A stretch of 64,000 bases of DNA, taken from Eubacteriales bacterium. Its GTDB lineage: Bacteria; Bacillota; Clostridia; Oscillospirales; CAG-272. The stretch is from NCBI GenBank assembly GCA_045578385.1, contig JAZNKD010000038.1, forward strand, positions 3,341 through 67,340. The letters are read 5' to 3'. Numbering within the stretch: the first letter of the stretch is position 1; the number at the start of each line of letters is the position of its first letter. This document shows, one piece after another, positions 57,296-64,000 of this stretch. A program made the position numbers and the translations under genes. The notes beneath the pieces were generated by a model. The model saw only the letters and a program-made list of their open reading frames with translations. It ran no database searches and was not told the DNA's origin.

Positions 57296-58168
57296 ATGGC
57301 TATAAATCCTATACAGTGGTTTCCCGGTCATATGGCGAAAACACGAAGGCTTATATCAGACTGTCTCGGCAGCGTAGATATTATTCTTGAGCTTCTCGAT
57401 GCCAGAATTCCCTACAGCTCGAAAAACCCCGAAATCGAAAAGCTCGTCGCAGGGAAACCGAAGCTTACCGTATTAACGAAAGCTTCTCTTGCAGACCCCG
57501 ATACAAACAAAAAATGGATAGATTATTTCGTGGCAAAGGGTGAAAATTGCGTGCTTATAGACTCTACCGACTCTTTAGGCATAAAATCCCTCTCCGATGC
57601 TATAAAAAGCACACTTACTGAAAAACTGCAGCGCTACTCTGAAAAGGGTATGGTGGGCAGAAAGCTCAAGGCTATGATAGTAGGTATTCCCAACGTTGGA
57701 AAATCCTCTCTCATCAACAAACTTTCCGGAGCAAAGCGCGCAAAGGTCGAGGACCGCCCCGGAGTTACCGTAAATAAGCAGTGGGTAACGACAGAGATAG
57801 GTATAGACCTTCTTGATATGCCCGGAGTCCTCTGGCCTAAATTTGAGGACGCGAGGGTTGGTGAAAATCTCGCTCTTACGGGTGCTATAAGAGATAAAAT
57901 TCTTGACACCGAAGAAATGGCTATGATACTCTGCTCACGCTTAATGGAGGTTGCGCCCGATAAATTTATGGCAAGGTATAAGCTCACCGAGAATGAAACC
58001 TGCGGACTCGACGGATACGATTTATTTGAGCTTGTTGCAAGAAAAAGAGGTATGCTTATGTCTGGCGGCTCAATAAACTCATCACGCTGCGCGGAAATGC
58101 TCCTTGACGAGTTCAGAGGCGCGGTTATCGGAAAAATTTCACTTGAAACACCTAACGACGTTATTTAA
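57296..58168 (+). CDS. rbgA: Ribosome biogenesis GTPase A (YlqF)
   Basis: IQWFPGHMAK and circularly permuted GTPase motifs (LTKASL, GIPNVGKSSLIN, DMPG). Confidence 0.95.
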   Translation: MAINPIQWFPGHMAKTRRLISDCLGSVDIILELLDARIPYSSKNPEIEKLVAGKPKLTVLTKASLADPDTNKKWIDYFVAKGENCVLIDSTDSLGIKSLSDAIKSTLTEKLQRYSEKGMVGRKLKAMIVGIPNVGKSSLINKLSGAKRAKVEDRPGVTVNKQWVTTEIGIDLLDMPGVLWPKFEDARVGENLALTGAIRDKILDTEEMAMILCSRLMEVAPDKFMARYKLTENETCGLDGYDLFELVARKRGMLMSGGSINSSRCAEMLLDEFRGAVIGKISLETPNDVI

Positions 58169-58177
58169 GGAAAGTAT

Positions 58178-58780
58178 ATGCCAAGCTTAGAATATGAAAA
58201 CTTAAAATACAGCGAGGGATATACCGCGGTATGCGGTACGGACGAAGCGGGACGCGGTCCGCTTTGCGGTCCCGTCGTTGCCGCGGCGGTAATACTTCCG
58301 CGCGATATTGAAATTGAAGGTCTTAACGATTCAAAAAAACTCACCGAGAAAAAGCGGGAAAAACTATTTGATATAATAAAAGAAAAGGCTCTGGCTTACG
58401 CTATTGCCGAAGCTTCCCCTGCTGAAATAGATGAGATAAATATTCTTAATGCGTCAATGCTGGCTATGAAAAGAGCTATTGAAGCTCTGCCCGTTAAAGC
58501 GGATTTTGCTCTCATTGACGGAAACTGCTCGCGCGGATTTGATATTCCTACCGAAACTATCGTAAAGGGAGACTCCATAAGCGCGTCAATAGCTGCCGCA
58601 TCCATACTTGCAAAGGTGACGCGTGATAGGCAGTGTCTTGAGCTTGATAAAATTTATCCTCAATATAATATTGCAAAACACAAAGGATATCCAACCAAAG
58701 AGCATATGGACGCCGTAAGAAAATACGGGCCCGCACCCATTTACAGAATGAGCTTTTTAAAGTTTCTTGACAAACAATGA
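58178..58780 (+). CDS. rnhB: Ribonuclease HII
   Basis: GTDEAGRGPLCGPVVAAAV, DSKKL and the HKGY motif. Confidence 0.95.
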   Translation: MPSLEYENLKYSEGYTAVCGTDEAGRGPLCGPVVAAAVILPRDIEIEGLNDSKKLTEKKREKLFDIIKEKALAYAIAEASPAEIDEINILNASMLAMKRAIEALPVKADFALIDGNCSRGFDIPTETIVKGDSISASIAAASILAKVTRDRQCLELDKIYPQYNIAKHKGYPTKEHMDAVRKYGPAPIYRMSFLKFLDKQ

Positions 58781-59205
58781 ACATACTAAAGGTACTCACC
58801 GACAAAAGAATCAAGGGCAATACCGGAGAATACGCTGTCGCAAAGCTCCTCAAAAAGAGAAAATACAGGATAATTGAAAGAAATTACGTAGCCTGCGGAC
58901 ATGAAATAGACATTATTGCCAAAAATAAAGAATATATATGCTTCGTTGAAGTTAAAACGCGCTCTTATGATGCAAAAAATACTTATGGAACAAGACCTGC
59001 CGATGCAGTCAATAAAGAAAAACGGCGCGCAATAATTTCTGCTGCAAAAATTTATGCTTCAATTCACGCAAATGACGGATATAAATTCCGATTTGACGTA
59101 GCTGAGGTATATCTTGATACCCATAAAAAAATACGAGAAATAAATTATCTTGAAAATGCTTTTACTGCGGATAGAGAACGCCGCATAAAATTCCAAAGCA
59201 CTTAA
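58777..59205 (+). CDS. yraN: YraN-family (UPF0102) endonuclease-like protein
   Basis: GEYAVAKLLKKRKYRIIERNY...EIDIIAK...FVEVKTR. It overlaps the rnhB stop by 4 nt. Confidence 0.88.
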   Translation: MNILKVLTDKRIKGNTGEYAVAKLLKKRKYRIIERNYVACGHEIDIIAKNKEYICFVEVKTRSYDAKNTYGTRPADAVNKEKRRAIISAAKIYASIHANDGYKFRFDVAEVYLDTHKKIREINYLENAFTADRERRIKFQST

Positions 59206-59221
59206 AAAAGGACGGTTATTT

Positions 59222-60709
59222 ATGAACTACATCAGCACACGAGGAAAATACGAGGGAAAGGTTACCTCAGCTTACGCAATAAAGTGCGGTCTTGCCGAGG
59301 ATGGCGGTCTTTTTATGCCGGAGAATATTCCGCATTTAACGGCTGACGAGCTGCGCTCACTTATATCTAAAAGTTATAATGAGAGAGCCGCTTTTGTTGT
59401 AGGAAAATTTCTCACCGATTATACATACGATGAGCTTCTTTTAGATGCAGAGGCGGCATATGCCGAAAAAAAGTTTGGCAGCTTCCCTGCTCCCGTACGC
59501 AAAGTAGACGAAAAACTATTCTCACTCGAGCTATGGCACGGTCCTACTTGCGCTTTTAAGGATATGGCTTTGCAAATAATGCCCAGACTCTTTGTTCGCG
59601 CTTTGAGAAAGACGGGAGAAAAAAGAGAGGCTCTTATCCTCGTTGCTACCTCGGGAGATACGGGAAAGGCGGCACTTGAGGGTTACCGCGACGTTGAAGG
59701 TACTAAAATACAAGTATTTTACCCAACCGACGGAGTGAGTGTTATGCAGAAATTGCAGATGCAGACGCAGGAGGGCGCAAACGTTTCCGTAAAGGCTATC
59801 AAGGGTAACTTCGACGACGCTCAAAGCGGAGTTAAGCGAATTTTTGCAGATGCAAAAACCGAGGCTGTCCTCAACCAAAAAAACACCTTTCTTTCAAGCG
59901 CTAACTCCATCAACTGGGGCAGACTGGTTCCGCAGATAGTTTATTACGTATCAGCTTATCTCGATATGGTAAGCTCGGGTGAAATTGCTTTTGGTGAAAA
60001 GATAGACGTATGCGTACCAACGGGCAACTTCGGAAATATTTTCGCCTGCTATATTGCAAAGCTTATGGGACTCCCGGTTGAAAAGCTCGTTTGCGCGTCA
60101 AACGTAAATAACGTGCTTACCGAATTTCTCGCTTGCGGAAGATATAACAAGCTTCGCGACTTTTACGCAACTATTTCTCCCTCTATGGATATTCTCATAT
60201 CCTCAAACCTTGAGAGACTTCTATATCTCGTCGCCGGTCAAAAGAAAACCGCAGAATATATGGAGCGTCTTGCGAAGGACGGAGAATACACGGTAGATTC
60301 GGATATATTCAAAAAGATTACCGAAAGCTTTGTGGGTATATACACCGATGAAGCGGAAACAAAAAACACCATCAAAAAGACGTTCGAAAATAAAAACTAC
60401 CTTATAGATACCCATACTGCCGTGGCAATGTCTGCCGCCGAGAGATATATGAGTACCTATAAGGCAGAGAGGAAAATCCTCGTCGTTTCAACCGCATCCC
60501 CATATAAGTTCGCAAAAGACGTGTTTATGTCGATTAACGTAAGTTCCTGCGACTTACCCGACACCGAAGCACCGGAAAAGCTTTCCGACCTTACGGGAAC
60601 GGAAATCCCCGCGCCTCTTTCATCTATTCTCACGAAGAAAATTCTTCACCCCGATATAATAGAGCGTGAAGATATGGATAATGCGGTTCTGGATTTTGTT
60701 ACCGATTAA
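59222..60709 (+). CDS. thrC: Threonine synthase (long form)
   Basis: YISTRG at the N-terminus, the PLP-lysine motif GPTCAFKDMALQ and the SGDTGKAA loop. Confidence 0.92.
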   Translation: MNYISTRGKYEGKVTSAYAIKCGLAEDGGLFMPENIPHLTADELRSLISKSYNERAAFVVGKFLTDYTYDELLLDAEAAYAEKKFGSFPAPVRKVDEKLFSLELWHGPTCAFKDMALQIMPRLFVRALRKTGEKREALILVATSGDTGKAALEGYRDVEGTKIQVFYPTDGVSVMQKLQMQTQEGANVSVKAIKGNFDDAQSGVKRIFADAKTEAVLNQKNTFLSSANSINWGRLVPQIVYYVSAYLDMVSSGEIAFGEKIDVCVPTGNFGNIFACYIAKLMGLPVEKLVCASNVNNVLTEFLACGRYNKLRDFYATISPSMDILISSNLERLLYLVAGQKKTAEYMERLAKDGEYTVDSDIFKKITESFVGIYTDEAETKNTIKKTFENKNYLIDTHTAVAMSAAERYMSTYKAERKILVVSTASPYKFAKDVFMSINVSSCDLPDTEAPEKLSDLTGTEIPAPLSSILTKKILHPDIIEREDMDNAVLDFVTD

Positions 60710-60903
60710 TATTCCTTTGGCTTGAAGGTGGCGCAGACCGTATCCGCCGAGCAATCGGCATCGTGAGGTCCTACGCATATTTCGCCTGCGTAGCACTCGT
60801 TTTTACCGTCGTGATAAACGCAGCTTACAACGTTACAGTTAATTCCCTTAACGTGCTTATGGCGCTCGCTGCCGCAAGCTGTTTCGTACTTTCTTTCTTC
60901 CAT
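60706..60903 (-). CDS. DUF1540 family Cys-rich small protein
   Basis: GINCNVVSCVYH...CYAGEICVGPHDADCSADTVCATF. The start is the ATG at 60903, after AAGAGGA. Confidence 0.75.
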   Translation of the reverse strand: MEERKYETACGSERHKHVKGINCNVVSCVYHDGKNECYAGEICVGPHDADCSADTVCATFKPKEY

Positions 60904-61029
60904 AGAAGCATATCCTCTTTTCTGCAAGAATAATATCCTGCGATATTAGTGTTTGCATTCCTATGAGCTTTATTCGCAGTTGAAACGAAAGTTTTTAAAG
61001 CAAATATAAAAATCGGAGAAAAGAAATCG

Positions 61030-61761
61030 ATGGCACTATATACTATAGCCGATCTGCATCTATCCACTCTTAGCTCAACCAATAAATCAATGGAGATTTT
61101 CGGAAGCAGATGGAATTCTTATACCGAAAGGTTAGAAAAAAACTGGAAAAGACTTGTTACCGATAACGATACCGTCGTTATTCCGGGTGACGTTTCGTGG
61201 GCTCTTTCGCTCGAAGAATCTACGAGCGATATGAAATTTCTCGATTCCCTGCCCGGCAAAAAGATACTTTGCAAGGGTAATCACGATTTCTGGTGGTGCA
61301 CTATGAAAAAGCACCGAGAGCATTTTGAAAAACACGGAATTAAGACTATATCCTTCCTTTTCAACAATGCTCACGAGGTTGATGATTTTATAATAGCCGG
61401 AACGAGAGGCTGGTTTTACGATGAAAAAGCATCAAACACGCTTCCGAATAAAACAGATTTTGCAAAGCTTACCGCAAGAGAGGAGCAAAGACTTGAAACC
61501 AGCCTTAAAGAAGCTCGGACCTTGCAGGATAAATCAGGTAAAGAAATAATCGTTTTTATGCACTTTCCGCCTGTATGGAACACGGAAGTTTGCACGGGAC
61601 TGATTGATATTCTTAAAAAATACGAAATTAAAAGAGTTTATTTCGGACATATTCACGGAAACTATACCGTCCCGCCAAAAACCGAATATGAAGGAATTGA
61701 GCTTAATATTATTTCCGCAGATTATCTTACATTTATACCGAAAATCATCACGAAGAGCTGA
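61030..61761 (+). CDS. Metallophosphoesterase (calcineurin-like)
   Basis: Motifs DLHL, GDVSWA, GNHDFWW, MHFPP and GHIHG. Confidence 0.85.
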   Translation: MALYTIADLHLSTLSSTNKSMEIFGSRWNSYTERLEKNWKRLVTDNDTVVIPGDVSWALSLEESTSDMKFLDSLPGKKILCKGNHDFWWCTMKKHREHFEKHGIKTISFLFNNAHEVDDFIIAGTRGWFYDEKASNTLPNKTDFAKLTAREEQRLETSLKEARTLQDKSGKEIIVFMHFPPVWNTEVCTGLIDILKKYEIKRVYFGHIHGNYTVPPKTEYEGIELNIISADYLTFIPKIITKS

Positions 61762-61831
61762 TTTTTTGCATTTTTCACGAAAATATACATTATCTTTCTC
61801 AATTCGGTCGATATTTTTGTTAATTAATATA

Positions 61832-61860
61832 TTGACAAATCTTTTACGATGTTGTAAAAT
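61832..61860 (+). promoter_or_regulatory. Sigma-A promoter of tig
   Basis: TTGACA-N17-TAAAAT. Confidence 0.65.
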
Positions 61861-61913
61861 ATAATAGTTTGATTTATAAAAATAATATTATCTTATCTAT
61901 GGAGGACGTAAAA

Positions 61914-63194
61914 ATGAGTCTTATTAAAAACGAGCTTACCGAAAAATCCGGCTTTAAGATGGAATTTTCCGTAAGCAGCGACGTATACGCAAAAGCAGAG
62001 CTTGCAGCATACAAGAAAATGGTAAAAAATATCAACGTTCCCGGCTTCAGAAAGGGTAAGGCTCCCAAGGCTATCATCGAGAAGATGTACGGCAAGGGCG
62101 TATTCTTTGAGGAAGCTATCAACGCTTGCATTCCCGAGGCTTTCGCTAACGCTGTTAAGGAAGCAGGCATCGAGGTTGTTGGCAATCCCACTTTCGACCT
62201 CGTTTCCAACGACGGTGACGTAGTTCTTTCCGCGGTTGGTTTCGTTAAGCCCGAGGTTACTATTGAGGGCTACAAGGGTATAGCTGCTCCCCGCAAGGTA
62301 GCAGAGGTTACCGAAGATGCGGTTAACGCTGAGATTGATTCCGCAAGACAAAGACTTGCAAGAGAGGTTGAGGTTACCGACAGAGCTGCGGCTATGGGCG
62401 ATATCGCAAACATCAACTTTGAGGGCTTTGTTGACGGTGTTGCTTTCGAGGGCGGCAAGGGTGAGAACCACGACCTTAAGCTCGGCTCCGGTGCTTTCAT
62501 TCCCGGCTTTGAGGAGCAGATTGTTGGCAAGGCTATCGGTGAGGAATTTGACGTTAACGTTACCTTCCCTGAGCAGTACGGCGCGAAGGAGCTTGCAGGA
62601 AAGGCTGCTACCTTTAAAACCAAGCTCAATTCTCTCAAGGTAGAGGAGCTTCCCGAGGCTGACGACGATTTTGCTAAGGACGTTTCCGAATTTGATACTC
62701 TTGATGAATATAAATCCGACGTTAAGGCAAAACTTGCAAAGAAAAATGAAGATGCGGCAGACAGAGAGTTTGAAAACGCTCTCGTTGACGCTTTACTTGA
62801 AAAGCTTGTTGCTGAGATTCCCGAGCCTATGTTCGCGGCAGAGACCGAAAACTTCCTTCGCGACTACGACAACAGACTCAGAATGCAGGGTCTCAGCCTT
62901 GATCAGTACACCAAGTACACCGGCATGACGCTTGATGTTCTTCGCGCCCAGTTCCGCCCCAATGCAGAGAAGCAGGTTAAGCTCAGACTCGCTCTTGAAA
63001 AGATTGCTGTTCTAGAGCAGCTTACCGTTTCCGACGAAGAAATTGAAGCTGAATATACCAGAATCTCCGAGGCATACAACGTGCCCGCAGAACAGGTTAA
63101 GGGTATGATAGCAGTTGAGGATATCAAGGCTGATATGCTCGTTGCTAACGCTATGAAGTTCGTTAAGGATAACGCTGTTGTAGCAAACGACTAA
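61914..63194 (+). CDS. tig: Trigger factor
   Basis: VPGFRKGKAPKAIIEKMYG (ribosome-binding signature GFRxGxxP) and a PPIase domain FEGFVDGVAFEGGKGENHDLKLGSGAFIPGFEEQ. The start is the ATG at 61914, after GGAGG. Confidence 0.96.
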   Translation: MSLIKNELTEKSGFKMEFSVSSDVYAKAELAAYKKMVKNINVPGFRKGKAPKAIIEKMYGKGVFFEEAINACIPEAFANAVKEAGIEVVGNPTFDLVSNDGDVVLSAVGFVKPEVTIEGYKGIAAPRKVAEVTEDAVNAEIDSARQRLAREVEVTDRAAAMGDIANINFEGFVDGVAFEGGKGENHDLKLGSGAFIPGFEEQIVGKAIGEEFDVNVTFPEQYGAKELAGKAATFKTKLNSLKVEELPEADDDFAKDVSEFDTLDEYKSDVKAKLAKKNEDAADREFENALVDALLEKLVAEIPEPMFAAETENFLRDYDNRLRMQGLSLDQYTKYTGMTLDVLRAQFRPNAEKQVKLRLALEKIAVLEQLTVSDEEIEAEYTRISEAYNVPAEQVKGMIAVEDIKADMLVANAMKFVKDNAVVAND

Positions 63195-63263
63195 AAAGTA
63201 AAGCAGCCTAAGGACTTCCGAAGGCTGCTTTAAGCATATATTTTTACAAAGGAGAAAAATAAT

Positions 63264-63851
63264 ATGGCACTTGTTCCAATGGTCGTTGAGCAAACCTCTC
63301 GCGGTGAACGCTCATACGATATTTATTCAAGACTTCTGAACGACAGAATTATTTTCCTTGCTGACGAGGTAAATGACGTTACCGCATCACTCGTTGTTGC
63401 GCAGCTTCTTTACCTTGAGGCTCAGGATCCTGACAAGGATGTTTATCTTTACATCAACAGCCCCGGCGGCTCTATCACTGCAGGTATGGCAATCTACGAT
63501 ACGATGAACTATATCAAATGCGACGTTTCGACAATTTGCGTGGGTATGGCCGCTTCTATGGGCGCATTCCTTCTTTCAAGCGGCGCAAAGGGTAAACGCT
63601 TTGCGCTTCCCAACGCCGAGGTTATGATTCATCAGCCTCTCGGCGGTATGCAGGGTCAGGCTACGGATATAAAAATCCACGCTGATAGAATACTTAAAAT
63701 AAAGGCAAAGCTTAATTCCCTGCTCTCAGAGCAAACCGGCAAGCCTCTCGACGTTATCGAACGCGATACCGAGCGCGATAACTTTATGACTGCCGAGGAA
63801 GCTCAGGCTTACGGACTTATAGACAAAGTAATTACCAAAAAGGAAATCTAA
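63264..63851 (+). CDS. clpP: ATP-dependent Clp protease proteolytic subunit
   Basis: [11 protein letters not shown]..., catalytic GMAASMGAF, and His in MIHQPLGG. Confidence 0.97.
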   Translation: MALVPMVVEQTSRGERSYDIYSRLLNDRIIFLADEVNDVTASLVVAQLLYLEAQDPDKDVYLYINSPGGSITAGMAIYDTMNYIKCDVSTICVGMAASMGAFLLSSGAKGKRFALPNAEVMIHQPLGGMQGQATDIKIHADRILKIKAKLNSLLSEQTGKPLDVIERDTERDNFMTAEEAQAYGLIDKVITKKEI

Positions 63852-63853
63852 TT

Positions 63854-64000
63854 ATGCCACAGACTCCCAATGACAGACTTCGCCGATGCGCTTTCTGCGG
63901 AAGAACTGAAAAGGAAGTATCTATTTTGATTCCGTCAAAGGACACCTCTACTTACATCTGCGATACCTGTACCGAGCTTTTTTCCGACTTTCTCTCCGAG
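63854..64000 (+). CDS. clpX: ATP-dependent Clp protease ATP-binding subunit ClpX, N-terminal fragment (runs off window end)
   Basis: My own translation from the ATG at 63854 gives MPQTPNDRLRRCAFCGRTEKEVSILIPSKDTSTYICDTCTELF, containing the C4 zinc-binding domain. It follows clpP. Confidence 0.9.
   Translation, partial: MPQTPNDRLRRCAFCGRTEKEVSILIPSKDTSTYICDTCTELFSDFLSE

Noticed and set aside
59206-59221. A T-box or attenuator ahead of thrC.
   Set aside because: The spacer is only 16 nt and holds just an RBS, leaving no room for a leader RNA.
1-64000. CRISPR arrays, IS elements, transposases, integrases and prophage structural genes.
   Set aside because: I saw no regularly spaced direct repeats and no recombinase-like or phage-like translations in the ORF track. 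The only notable repeats are the two ~130-nt elements at 11.5 and 12.5 kb.

Overview
This is a 64-kb chromosomal segment from a moderately AT-rich, endospore-forming Firmicute. It looks Clostridia-like: spo0A, pro-sigK, yqfC/yqfD and ylbJ are all present. I call about 70 protein genes, and almost all are core housekeeping. They include ribosomal proteins S6/S18/S20/S16/L19, ssb, ylxM-ffh, lepA, hemW, mutS2, the yqfC-yqfD-phoH-ybeY-era-recO operon, dnaX-ebfC-recR, rbgA-rnhB-yraN, tig-clpP-clpX, ung, xpt and uppP. RNA features are 2 tRNAs (Thr-CGT, Leu-CAA), a SAM-I riboswitch ahead of metK, a large Bacillus-type SRP RNA ahead of dnaX and a probable 6S RNA. Several near-consensus TTGACA-N17-TAxAAT promoters and intrinsic terminators are also visible. 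I saw no transposase, integrase, prophage genes or CRISPR array. The stand-out is a self-contained three-gene operon on the minus strand (3523-8769) with its own consensus promoter, wedged between ispE and a methyltransferase-hslO-pfp block. It encodes a TerB-N/TerB-C protein, a DUF2791/BrxD-like P-loop ATPase and an SF2 DEAD/DEAH helicase. This matches the TerB-ATPase-helicase triad that comparative genomics predicted to be a DNA-processing or defence module; to my recollection it was later named Shango (SngABC), and its mechanism is still unknown. Secondary observations: a ~130-nt structured element duplicated on both sides of a single SGNH-hydrolase gene; a MazF/EndoA toxin with no adjacent antitoxin; a signal peptidase I with a ~314-aa acidic N-terminal extension; a pseudo-receiver OmpR-type regulator next to sigK; and a broken rpsP...rplS ribosomal cluster that suggests rearrangement. 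All calls come from reading the sequence and ORF translations. No database search was run.
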